A stretch of DNA of 64,000 nucleotides, taken from positions 1 to 64,000 of the forward strand of contig NMRA01000951.1 in assembly GCA_002633005.1 (NCBI GenBank). Direction: 5' to 3'. The notes beneath the pieces were generated by a model. That model saw nothing but the letters and a program-made list of their open reading frames with translations. It ran no database searches and was not told where the DNA came from. Shown here piece after piece: positions 36,401 to 49,300 of the stretch. Positions within the stretch are counted from its first letter, which is position 1, and every line of letters begins with the position of its first letter. Source of the stretch: Phoronis australis (taxonomy: Eukaryota; Animalia; Phoronida). The translations under genes were made by a program, and so were the position numbers.

Positions 36401-39400
36401 GATTTGCTGCAGGGAGACATATTAAATTATTTTCAATTCTTATAATTACGATACAAATTAAATTACAAAAAAAATTGAAAATCGATCCATAGATTACCTA
36501 GAAAGCCTGAAATACAAGCACATTTAATTCCAACAAACAATTTAATTCCAATGCAAATGGAAAAACGTCAAGACGAAAACCTGTGGCTCATACCCCAACT
36601 GTTAGCATGGAAAAATGAAAGTCAAAAATAACATACTTTAAACTATAGAATGCATCAATCACAACCCTAAGTTGGCCAAACTTTTCAGTTTCAAACAGTA
36701 ATTACAGGAGTTAATTGTTCATACGCCACGCTGGTGTAGAAGAAACTATGTGACAAGAAACAACTACCAGGACACTGAAAATAGGCTGGCAGAATTTGTA
36801 AGCAATGGCTTAGACCAATCAGATCATTCAGAATCTGTCACATGATCACTTCTCTCGAACTGCAAAACTCGAGTCACAAAATAGAACACAAAAAATGTCA
36901 AAATAAATCAAAATACCTAAAAGGCAATTTAAAACACATTTGCAGTAACGACAATAGCGCTTTGTATCCCGTTTCGGCGGCAGGTAGAAAATCGCACTCA
37001 GCACTAGCAGCCAACGGCAACGGGCGTTCATGCGGGATCAAACAAAAGAATTTCATACATCACTCACATCCCACAATTCCAATCCAACGAATGACCGGTT
37101 ACGGTTGAATTTTCTTTCAGGAAGTGTTGTTATTTCTAGTGTTTCATTGTTTTCAGTCGGTCCTCCGACTCCAAGTTAGTCCAACTCCAAGGCGACTCGG
37201 CCACGCACTCCGTAATTGTTCCTCTCTCAAAGTTTACAGAGCACAAACCTTGGTTTGTGAAGACAATGACATTTTCTTTTATCCCCTTTTTCCACGAAAT
37301 ATTCATTCTACTCCACACTCCACACATTTTTGACCACAGAATCGCACTATGTCACCGCGATTTTATACCAAATGGAGACGCCACTGATGATCCACGCTAT
37401 GCCAGGCAGAGGCACTTGAATTTATCTATTCCTCGATTGCCACTGACGTCACTCACTACTAAGAAAACATGTTTCTTAAATATTCTTACGAGTCATCGTC
37501 AACTTCGAGCGCCTGTGATCCGCAATTACAATTTTCGTTCCTCCGAAACATAAAGAGCAGTTTCTGCTTTTCGAGTTGTCAGCAACGCCACGGTGAGAAA
37601 CCAATTTACCGCGATAATTTTATGGCAAATACAATTTTTACGCGGAAATATAACAAAATATGCAGATCGAATAAAAAAAGCAGAAATCCACGTTTCCGCG
37701 GACAATTCCAAGCCTTGCAAGCCTTAGGTCGCCAAAGTTGCAGCAAACTGAATATCCAGTGTCACTTCCAAACACTGCCTGGTCCAGGTGCACAAAGGAA
37801 CAGATTGCCTATAAACAGTGGTCTCAATATGCCACAAGACATCACTTAGATAAAGCTAATGTCATGCATTAAGGGATCCAAAACTTTTGAAACTGTTTAC
37901 CTACAAGTAGTTAAAGATCGGCCAATAAAATGGAGTACCATGCTAGTAAGTATTTGTAGTGTTCCAGAACACATTACATGCTCCCCAATAGCTGAATTAA
38001 TGAGTACCATTTCACCTTACCTGCTGACCTAGTTGGTTGAGCAGTGAATGAGCTGGACGCCTGCGTCTGGCCAAATGAACCAAAGTCAGCAAACCCTCCA
38101 CCAGGTGGAGCTGTAATACAACAGTTTTTGCTTTATGTGACGATTTTTATGGTTACCTAAAGGTAAGATCAACTGAGAGAAACATGAATGAGATTTCATG
38201 AGTGAAGACAACTAAAACCACGACCGGAATCAAATTCAAAGACTACAGACTTCAAGTACACAAACCGCAGTCAATGTGAGGTAAGGGTTAACAACAGAGT
38301 CTTTGAAAATGCACATTTTGAATTAATATCCCTAACCAAACGTTTTGAAAAAAGAAAGATATGCCAGCAATAGAAAAGGGATTTTAAACCTTGTAACAAT
38401 ACGCACACACACAAACACACACATCCAAGGTTCCTTACAGGCCCACACATCCATGGCTCCTTACAGACACTAACACACAAACAAACACACACATATATAG
38501 CTCCTAACAGAGACTAGCACACACATACATATACACCCATGGCTCCTTACAGAGACAAACACACACGCACACATACATCCATGGCTCCTCGCAGACACAC
38601 ACATCCATGGCTCCCTACAATGAATTAACAAGACCCGAGAGGTCAACAAAAGAACTACAATATCACATCTTCACGTTTGCCTACCCACACCCAGGTACAA
38701 TTGGAGGACAGAGCGCATAAACCAATGACACTGACTGTTAAAGTTACTGTTTTTTACCTGTAGTGGGTGCAGCGAATGGATCACCACCCAGATCTCCTAA
38801 CAAGTCCATTGTTCCTGATGTCTTGGCTGGCTGGCTGCTTGGAACTTGTTGGCTTGCCTGTGCGAGGGGAGTGGCCACTGCCCCTGCAGGGGGTCGGACA
38901 GTGGGAGGGGTGGACGTAGTGGGGGGCTAAAAATGTAATCATGGTCAGTGGAATGTTTAGGTGGGTGTGCCATCTAGCTGTAAACAGTAACAGTGAATGG
39001 CAGTCAACCAACATGTGTCACTCACCATCAAGCCTTCTTCGCACATACCCTAGCGTAGAGTAGAACAACACGTCCACTGCTCTGCATAAGCAGGGTTGTA
39101 ACTGCACAAGTCATCATTTTACACAAACACATGTAGAAAAACGGAAATGATAGTTTTGGCGATTATAACTGTTCACACTTAAAAAAGCTTTCCAAAGCTG
39201 TTATGATAATACTTAACAAATGTTGCAAACTTTTATTTGCGGAATGTAAACTAGAAACAGCTGGATCCCGTTGACAGATGGCAAGAGATAAGATCATGAG
39301 ATCAACAAACAGATGGCAGAATTGATATTATTTACGCAAGACAACCAAAAGATGGCAGGGCAAAGTATGGATCTCAAACATATACGGTAATTGACACAAG

Positions 39401-42400
39401 AGAACCAAGATGGCAGAGCAAAGTTGGGATCATTGACATAGGACCACCAACAGATGGCAAAGTTGCACTGGTCATTCACAATGAATGACTCACCTGTTGA
39501 CTATTGACGACTAACTTAGACAGAGAAGTGCCCCCTATGGACCGCAGTGGCTTTGTGTCTGTTGTTTTCTTCACAGAGTTCATCTGTTTTGCCTCTTCTG
39601 CCATACTTTCTGTAGGTGCTACATACCACCGCTTCTTTTCGTATTTATTTGCCAGAAAGTCTTTTAGTTTCTGTTCGTCACGAGAGTCCAGGGTAGGCTG
39701 TGACCGTGCATCGTACAGGCCGAGCCAAACTTGTCTACAATACTAGAAACGAAACAAAATGCTGGCTCTTCTAGAAGACAACTGTCACAAGTGGATTAAC
39801 TGTCTCAAACTAAACTAAGGAGTGAATAATGAAACTTGTTACCAACCTATAAATAGGTTCATCCCAAGGTAGCCACATGGGCCTTTGTTAAAAATTATCT
39901 AACTATTATTAATCAATTTTTACCACATGTCCATTTTCTGGAAATTCTAATGTAATTGGAAGCATATGTTCATCTGATTGGCAATGTCACAACTGAATAA
40001 CGAGTAGGCTAACACTGTAATCAGCTCAACTGGAGCTCAGTGCCATCTCAATCATTTGATGAGCTTGAATAACACTTAAGATACATGTGAAATAATTATT
40101 ATAATGAACGGAAAACTTAGAAACAAAACTTAACACATCACCAGTCATGTAACCAGTCTTAAAAGGTTGAAGTAGCACCCCTTCACAACAGTGTATCAAA
40201 AACCGTTCATATCTTAACACATGTGAACTGCAGCTGGATTCCGTTTCAACCACAATCAAAGGGGGAAAACCCTGGAGTAGCACACTCAAAGGGGCAAAAT
40301 GCAGTTTGATTAGCACCATTAAATGGCAAAATGACCCTGCATTAGCCAAGCTTGCTTGTACACTTTAAAACAAGATGCACAATTAAAGATCTCGTTTCAA
40401 ACCTGCGAAAAGTCTAACTTCTTTTTGCTTCAATTCCAAAAGTTAAATGCAAATTCAAGTAATGATTTAAATTTTGAGCTTACATCATTCACACCATTTC
40501 ATTATAATTTCCGGTCATGCACTCAAAACACAACACAGTCAATCACTGCTTACCATTATGTTACTGGCTGTCTGTTACCAACAACCAATGGTTGTGGCAG
40601 TCCCTTTTGTACATAGAGGCCCATATCTATTTTTAAAGAAATAAGTACTAAAATATTGCACCATCATATCACCATAACCTGTTTACCTCATTTCCACGCA
40701 TCACTAGGAAGTCCATTTCTTCAGCACTAAAACTGGTCATTGATATACTTTTCACTCTATGTGGTGGATTTAAACCACGCCTACAAAGAGAAAAAGAGTC
40801 GTAAAGTAGATTTAAACCATGCTTACAAACAGAAACAAGAGCCATAAGGTAGATTTAAGCCATGCCTACAATCATAAACAAGACCAGGTTATTCCATAAT
40901 TAAAACAAGGGTGTAATTAGACATACTTGACAAGTGTGAACCAATTCGTGATGTAACAACAATGCTCTTCAGCCCTGCACATAAATAACATGCAGACATG
41001 ACTAAACAGGTTTAGTATATCAATAAGCATTCGTTCAATTAAAATGAGCATTTGTCTCAAGACTAACAGATCACTCCACAAATTTTCTTATATCTTTCAA
41101 TGCCAGATGCAGTCATTGGCCAGTTGGGTACTCGGTAATTTTCGAGAAGTAAACTTCTCGTGGCACAGAATGAAAGTCTGTGGCTGACTATGGTCTTTGT
41201 AGGAATCCAACACAACTGTACTGCGACCTGAGCCTGGATGAACACCTTTTAGAGACTTTGCAACGTCACCAATTTGGATGCCGAACGGGAAAAGCATCTC
41301 AAAGTTATTTAAGCAATACATCGTTCTAACCGTCGCAAAGCAGTGGGGGCGACAACTCAGCAACAGGAAAGCTCAGCTCACCTGATTTCCCTTTTGACCA
41401 TGATAAAGTATACTAAACATTGTCAGGAAACAATTACATAAAAAACTGGGTACATACATTGACCATGTTGTGACATGCATAAGAACTACATGACTGACAA
41501 TGGGTATAATTTAGTCATGTGACCAAATGAGTTACATTGGTAATAGAATTGGGTTACTTAAAGTTAAGCAAAAGTGTTTAAGAACACAAAAACACCAAAG
41601 TTAATTGATAGGTAAGTCTGAATTTATTAGGCTTTCTGGTTTACAGTATACCTTCCCTCAAAAGTCATCACCAGCTCCCAGTGATAACTGATATCCACCA
41701 AGGCTGCTCAATACAGGGATTGTAGACAACTAAAAGTTATCAAATTTAGTGCCTGCCTTTGAAAGCATGCCCTTACCATTTTAAAAGTTCATAAACTGAA
41801 ACAAAATTATTTCAAACGATGTACCAAGGTGCTTGATATACCAAGACTAATTTCCAAGTAAATCCTTAGAGGTACCGAAGTCACCATTTCGTTGGAGATT
41901 CTGCGAGGACATGCAACAACTAGACAAAGTTGTCTGCTCACCATGGTAACAAGAATACCCGGAGATGTTGCTGATCATCATAGGAATCAAAACAGTGTTC
42001 AAGTTAGACAGTGACCACCTATAGGAGTTTTTCCGAGGCATTCAGTTGCAACGCGGATTTAGTGAAGCAGTCATTTTTAAAAGTGCGACACCTTTCGGCA
42101 GGATTGATAACTAACGGTTAACCTAGAGTGAAGTTGGTTCGATGCAGAATGTATTTCTGTGTTCGCGTATTTTAGCCTGCCAGTGATATTAGTTATCTTA
42201 TTACCTAATTCCACTTGATTGAAACAGTTTTTGTCTCTGAGACGACACATGTCCACCATAATGACATAACACGAGCCAAAATCATTACCGTGAGATGTCA
42301 CGTGTTTTCCAGGACAATATTTGTCCACGAGAACATGCACTCTCATGATTTTTCTAAAGAAGAAGTTTTGAAGAGTCAATCCTTTATAAAAGACTACTAC

Positions 42401-42988
42401 TGTTTTTTTTACTCAGTTTCTTTAATGTGCCACGTGGTATCTTCAATATACTAGCCAATTTTGGGGTCTTTTGACACACGCGTGATCATTATAATTACCA
42501 TTCCTGCCGAGAGATGTCCCAGTTTTATAATGGCGGTCACTAGATATCGGCTGCCGCAAATGAACACCTCGTAAAAACAGTGAATGCATAAATAAGAAGA
42601 GCCTAATAATGGGTACGAGTAATGCGTTTTTGGAATCACCATGATCACCAAGGCGAGAGGATTAAAAAAACATTAATACCAAGTATGTACGTTAATGGAG
42701 TCGGATTATAAACAATAACCCCATTCTCCACTGAGAGTGTGTTCCTAAACCCGGAATACGGAAGTCCCCACACACAGACACGCACAGATCACGGATTTCC
42801 TGTTTAAATCCATAAATTACTTACAAAGCACCACTACACGAAGTACAAACATATGACCCCAAAGTCACGTTAACGTATGTTGGTCCCCTTTGGCCACAAT
42901 CAAAACACTGTTTGTTGTGAGCCAAGGACACCATTTCACGCAACATTTTAAGGTGTTTTTCATCTTGCTTGCGCTTGTTGGTGGCCAT
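30410..42988 (-). CDS. AGFG1: Arf-GAP domain and FG repeat-containing protein 1 (HRB/RIP/drongo orthologue), about 569 aa, 10 exons
   Basis: Exons 42988-42825, 40780-40687, 39742-39494, 38926-38758, 38110-38021, 35996-35769, 35345-35229, 34141-34094, 33072-32582 and 30469-30410 are GT-AG and in phase (1710 nt). N-terminus KRKQDEKHLKMLREM; ArfGAP zinc finger CFDCGQRGPTYVN..VCTSCSG; RGLNPPHRVKSISM; KYEKKRWY; DLLGDLGGDPFA; FG/NPF repeats; C-terminus STNPFL. Minus-strand AATAAA at 27506-27501. Confidence 0.96.
31065..32483 (+). mobile_element. Helentron/HINE-like non-autonomous element carrying a roughly 195-bp tandem array (3 units)
   Basis: Begins ACAAGAG. Units start at about 31068, 31260 and 31458 (agagcgctcggaggagcgacac..). 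Internal aaaatggccgcc/ccgccatttt motifs. The 3' end has an acaa/A-rich tract, then the hairpin tacttgtcagaatt..aattccaccaagta and ataa. Confidence 0.6.
38400..38620. repeat. CA-rich minisatellite
   Basis: Repeated acacacatccatggctccttacag with variable (ca)n tracts. Confidence 0.8.
39255..39475. repeat. Degenerate minisatellite adjacent to the AGFG1 exon 3 donor
   Basis: Five recurrences of (ccaa/ac)agatggca at 35-60 bp spacing. Confidence 0.6.
40767..40885. repeat. 42-43 bp x3 tandem repeat spanning the AGFG1 exon 2 acceptor
   Basis: gatttaaaccacgcctacaaagagaaaaagagtcgtaaagta / gatttaaaccatgcttacaaacagaaacaagagccataaggta / gatttaagccatgcctacaatcataaacaagacc. Confidence 0.8.
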
Positions 42989-43316
42989 CTTGAATATGTT
43001 GACCGTAAATAACCGAAAGTTATCGAGTTCATCCACTGCGCGCCAGCTTCTTCCCAGTGCTGTTATCCAACATTTTACGAAATTGAGAAGCCCATGTCAA
43101 CTCATTCATCACATTATTTACACTTTGTCAACCTATTAGTGTCTACAAATGAGTTAGTTCCAAATAGTTCTCAGAAATACAATCTCCATGTTTGATCGGG
43201 TATCACCGTAAATGTCCGACCATTTCCCCGCAACTGACATAAACTTCCGGTGTCTCTGGAGTGTGGAACAGTGTAGAAAACAGGCAAAAGTTGAGAGGTT
43301 GCATGTGTGTTTAGCT
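42989..43316. promoter_or_regulatory. Compact bidirectional promoter between AGFG1 and the coiled-coil gene
   Basis: Divergent ATGs at 42988 (-) and 43317 (+). ETS-type ACTTCCGG at 43243-43250; YY1-type GCCATCTT over the AGFG1 ATG. Confidence 0.6.
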
Positions 43317-46300
43317 ATGTCCAAGCGACGGATACGTTATGCACGAGATCCCCTCGAGCTCTTAGAAAGGATTCTCAACAAAACAACGTTGACTACTCAA
43401 AAATTAAGACACACTCAAATTCAAGGTATTCTACATCGACCTCCGAGTCCATACTGTACATACAGCATCAATGATTGTCAGTCTGTTAAAAGTACAGTCT
43501 CGGTTTGTCAGTGACAGTAATTTTTTACAATTAATCTTTGCTTTTGACTCCTGTAACAAACTGTAATATAAATCAAGGCCACAGCATCCTTTGGTGTGAT
43601 AAACCTGACTTGGCAATGACTCAAGCCAGTAAAGGGGAGTTCGATCGACAACCTCATTTCCAAATACATCTATTTCAATTTCTCTAATTCAGTGCAGGGC
43701 CACTTTAGACAGTAGTAGTGCTAAAAATCCAATAGAATATTTTCACTGTTGCCAACTTGATTTGTTCTATTTCAAAGCTTAGTTTGAGCTAATTAGACTG
43801 CCATGGCTGAGGTGTTCAATTTGTGGAGTTGAGGCATTTCATTTCGACTGTACGTTCTTGTGACTCAGTTTTTCAATCCTTGTTGGGAGCTGTGCTTCAT
43901 ACAAAATATCTATATTTGATGCAAATATATGTTTATTTACTTACAGTCATTTTGCACACCCAAGTGTAAGTACTTATGACATTTTATTGAAAACATGTCA
44001 GCAATCCTATGATGTATTGATTGACATGTGTTTTTACAATCAATACATAATTGTTATTGTTTATATGTTAATTGATCTCTTTGATTATTTTTGTGTCTTT
44101 TTGTATTTGTTTGATTAAGCTTGAGTTAACTCAGACAATATTTCACTGTATGAGAGCCTACAATTACAGAGTCTTTATAGTGTGGCATGGTGACTGGCAG
44201 GTCTCACTTTCTGTTGATGTGGTGAAGTGACAGGCACTAATCTGTTGTTGTTTAATTTAATTGTGATGTGCCTAATGGATAATAAGAAAAGAATTCAATC
44301 TCAGTATTTTGTAAATGTTGAAAGGGTTTTAAGAAGTGAGTATAGAATGCTTTATTTTTTTATTGACTTGAAGGAATGGGTTATAAGATTTGTTGAATTT
44401 TCAACATGCTCAAATATTTACTTCAAATCTCTTTAGTCTGTTTGTTAGTTATAAACCTTAGTAAAGTTCTGATTGTTTAAGCTTATAGAAGTAGGATGTT
44501 TGAGTTCTTGCATACATAATATGAGTAGGGGCTGTGGTGTAACAAAAAAGCTTGGCATGACCTAATTAAATTGGCATTAGTTTCAATACTCAGTATAGCT
44601 GTTCTTAATGGAAAAGCAACAAATTCTCCTGTTCTAAATCTTGTAACTGGCCTTCACATGTGTGTTTGGGTGCATAACTCATGCTTTAGGTCAATAGTTC
44701 ATTTTTTTCTAGGCAGGTGACTCTAGTAGATTTGTTTTGGGTGAGTGACCCATGACTGAAGTGGGGGATACCAAAGGTTGTGACTCCTGATCCTTCCCTT
44801 TGCTTAAAGATGCTTTTTACCCAGCTTTATCTCATCAGTTTCTTCTGCATAAGGAATTGAAAATTGTATTAAATTACTTGTAGGAGATGATAAGTGACAT
44901 CACTGAAGTTTGTTGTTCAACAAATACAATGAGTGGGCTGTTGCCATCACGAATGTAGAATCTTGGCGTGACATGTAAGATATCATGACCATGACTCACC
45001 AGCACTGAGCGGAAAACTAGATCTACCAATCATTAACACCACCACGATCTCCATGACTTTGATCAGTCTAGGGTGAACCTGAACCTGTCTTTGATCTGTG
45101 TGTGGGAGAACCTGAACCTGTCTTTCCTTTGGGTCCAACCTCTCTAACATCTGATTTCAGAGCATGGAGACCATGCTTTGGTGCAGATCCATCAAAGTCA
45201 CCAAGATGAGAAGGAGCAGCTTGTCCGTGAAGCAGTTCAGCAGGTCGAAGATCGCGCGACAAGGGAGTTAACAGCAGCTCTGAAACGACTCAGAGGTCAA
45301 CTGGATGAAGAGAAGCGGAGAGCATTAGAACGGCAGAAAAATGTGAGGACACCTATTGTGTAATAAGCGAATTGTTTTGGTCTTTGCCTCTTGTGAGCAT
45401 GTTTCATAATTGATTCAGTAATCTGTTTGACTTATTTTCTTTTCACAACTATTTGATGTTATACAGAAGTCAAAGCACACACACACACACACACTTGCTA
45501 CAGTAAAATCTCAACAATTTAGGGCACAATAAGACAGACAAGTGAAATTTTATTTTGTGGCTGTGTTTATTTCTGTAGTTGATTATATAAACTAATACAT
45601 GGCTTTGTTACTGTTCATTTAAAGTTAATATTGAAATTGATTTTTGACCAAAACCTGCTTGCTTTGGATATTATAATTGTGGAGACTTGCTCTGTTACAT
45701 TTGGCCCCACGTTGGGCGCCAAATGTAACAGAGCAAGTCTCCACTGAACCTCAAAATATGTATTTTCTCTCATCAGGCATTCGTTTCAGTTCAATTTGCA
45801 CATGATAACGATCAACTTTCTATGAAAGCAAAAGAAGGAAACACCCTTTTCCTAAGCCTGTCGCTAGCGAAGTGCCCGACACATACAGTCGCGCCCACAT
45901 GCCCACGTAACAAAGACGCACTGAGACGCAACAAAGACATTAGCATAAGAATAACTGAACATTTGCAACTAAATAAGAATAACAATAAGCGTAAAGTTAC
46001 GAACGTCCCGTCACAGTTTGTATTTTACAGATGACTGTAACTGTTTGCTGTGCCAGCTGGCATATTATTTATCATTATCACTTTTTGACCTGGTCTTGCA
46101 CTGTCCTTTGTTTCATACATTGCCTTGTTACATTTGATTGGTTGTTTCCATTCAGCAATATGAAAGTTTAGCCAAAAGGGTAGCAGAGCAACGGGACCGG
46201 CTGGAAAGTGAACGGATGCGACTTTTAACAAAAAAATTACAGAAAGAAAAAGAAGAAGCACTAGAAGAACAGTGGAAGGAAGCTGAGAGGTTTGAATTTT

Positions 46301-49300
46301 TGTGAAATTACCAATCCACCTCATCTCTCTGTCCACAAACACAGCATCATGGGATCTCACTCGCAGCAATCCCACTCATCATTCTGTTCTCAATCACTGT
46401 NNNNNNNNNNNNNNNNNNNNNNNNNNNNNNNNNNNNNNNNNNNNNNNNNNNNNNNNNNNNNNNNNNNNNNNNNNNNNNNNNNNNNNNNNNNNNNNNNNNN
46501 NNNNNNNNNNNNNNNNNNNNNNNNNNNNNNNNNNNNNNNNNNNNNNNNNNNNNNNNNNNNNNNNNNNNNNNNNNNNNNNNNNNNNNNNNNNNNNNNNNNN
46601 NNNNNNNNNNNNNNNNNNNNNNNNNNNNNNNNNNNNNNNNNNNNNNNNNNNNNNNNNNNNNNNNNNNNNNNNNNNNNNNNNNNNNNNNNNNNNNNNNNNN
46701 NNNNNNNNNNNNNNNNNNNNNNNNNNNNNNNNNNNNNNNNNNNNNNNNNNNNNNNNNNNNNNNNNNNNNNNNNNNNNNNNNNNNNNNNNNNNNNNNNNNN
46801 NNNNNNNNNNNNNNNNNNNNNNNNNNNNNNNNNNNNNNNNNNNNNNNNNNNNNNNNNNNNNNNNNNNNNNNNNNNNNNNNNNNNNNNNNNNNNNNNNNNN
46901 NNNNNNNNNNNNTTTGTTTTCAGGATAAAAGAAATCGCCATACAAGCAGCCTGCGATGCATTGAGAATAGAGCTGAGAAAGCAATTCATTCTAGAAAAGG
47001 AAAAGGCAATAGCAGAAGCTCTTGCACTGGCAAGGGTAATAATTCCTTCAATTTTTATGTCCCCGTGAATATATGGGTACATATTGCCATCATCTGTCCA
47101 GTGTCCATTTGGCATCTCCTACGCTAACATTTCCGGTTTTGTTAACCAAACACCTAAGCAAGACTGTGACTGAGCTGTACGAATTGATTCATAAATTAAT
47201 TCTTGTGGCTTAGCCGCAATGTTGAAGAAAACCTATTTGCTAATTTTTCTTATAATGCATCCATTTTAAAAATTCTAAGATGGCCACTGTTTATTTTTCA
47301 ATTTTAAAAGCAGTCGTGTTGGTCATTTGCTTTATTTGTTGTTCGTTTTTTACTTTGAAACTCGTACAGTAAACAGGCGCGTTGATTAACACTGCAGTTA
47401 TCTCATCGGATACACATTCAGCCCAGCCCATGAATAGCGACTAGCTCACTTCAATCTTTGACAGCGCTATCAAGCCTTTGATATGCTGAGGAATTTGCTT
47501 GATACTCTTGGGTAAACAGTACACGCTTTCTCATCCTCTTGTATGCAAATCCTGTTAGCCCAAGATTTGCTTAATGATCTGCTAATCCCTGGCAGGATCT
47601 TTGTGAAATTTGGCAAGTGTATTCCTACTAATGTTACAACAGATATTTATTTTGTGATGTATCCAACTACTGCTGTGCCCCCTAGTGGCAATTCCATTTT
47701 TTGCATTTGCCTTTGTATCAGGTTTTCATGGAACTTGGCAGTTGGCAAATATTAGGTTTTATTCAGACAGATTTATTTTGGACAGATTCAACTTATTCTG
47801 TAAAACCTAGTGCCCATTTTTCTTACCTTTTAGTCTTGTTTAGGTGGTATCCTTTTAAATATGCCAAACTACTCGAATGATTATAATAGAATTTGGCAGA
47901 TATGTTTTCAGTGAGAGCACAGCTGGCATTGATTTCCACACAAATTTGAGTACTGTTACAGTAGCATTTTTCTTTTCCCTCTACCTCAATATCAAGCAAG
48001 GTTTTGATTTTCATGAAATTTGGTTATATTCGTTCCCATTGATGAGAGCACAGCTGACGCTGATTTTGGTAAGAGTATGCAACTACTGTGGCATTCCCTA
48101 GTGGCAGTAGATGATGGCACCTCCTCTGGAGAATTTCTCATTTACACTGGTCACTCCTGAGATTCCCTTTGCCCTCAGACAACTTTTATAATGCCTATTC
48201 AGCTCGCCCTTTGTATTCAAGCTTGTGAAGCAGAAAGGTAATCACTAGCACTACTCTATGTGGTGGTTGTTATTATACCAAAATAATGGAAATGTCGAAA
48301 GTACGGGTTTGATTACATTTTAGATACCGGTATTAAAAAATAACTAAAAATGGTATATAACCTTGGGTTTATCTTGACAAGGGCCATTTTCCAATCGATC
48401 ATTGGTTTTGAATATGTATACCATTTTCGTCATTTTATTTTTAATACTTCAGTCTACTTTAAATGTTTTGTTTCCTGTCGGGTTGCTATCTTTTGATTTT
48501 ATGTTTAAACTTTAAGTGCCAAAACAGTGGCAGATTTTGATCGCCAGTGAAACTTAGAAGCCAGCTCTCGCCCACCAACCCACATCATCTATTGCTTGGC
48601 TTTTCTCATTGACTTTGAAGCTAGCCATAGTTAAAGTTTTCATGACACGTGTTTCCTGGCCAGCTGATTGTCAAGTATCACAGTTTTCTGGTTAGCGTGC
48701 TACTCCTTGAGTAAAGAAGTTCGACATGACTGGGCAATAGGCGCTGTCTTAAAAGCAATTGACGTCTAATTTGGTGTCGGTATGTTGTTTCTATTTGTCG
48801 TAGTTTAGTTGTACAATAAAAGAATAAACCTAAAATTCACCAGTATGTATAGGCAGAGATGTTTACTGCAGTTTATGTCCGGCTGATTACACTTAATTGG
48901 GTCTTGCTGGCACTGGACAATGTGGTCATCACAACTGAGTCCAACTCTGGCACCTTTGTGGAAAATTGTTATTGCATCTGAGCACCCTTTGTATCTTTGT
49001 GATTCACACCGTGGGCACATATCAACACTCTGCGTTGCTTTTGTTCGAATCTCTGGCAAGCTGTTTCATTTCTAAATACTGGTATTATATGGTTTCTTAT
49101 TGAATACATTGAATGAATGCACTTACATGCATTTGCATGGAACACAGGTATTTAACTTAACCAAATATTTTTTACCAAACTTTAGCTTGCAGTTAGTTGA
49201 CTAATATGTTTCCAGTCGTATACAAGGATTTTCTCTAAGTCAGTACTTTTTGTAAAAAAATACTATCAGCCAAAATCTGTGGTGCCAAAGGGTGACCTAT

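Noticed and set aside
45704-45721. tRNA-Lys gene or miRNA hairpin
   Set aside because: Only the last 18 nt, including CCA, are present and they abut an LTR end; a PBS explains both the match and the stem.
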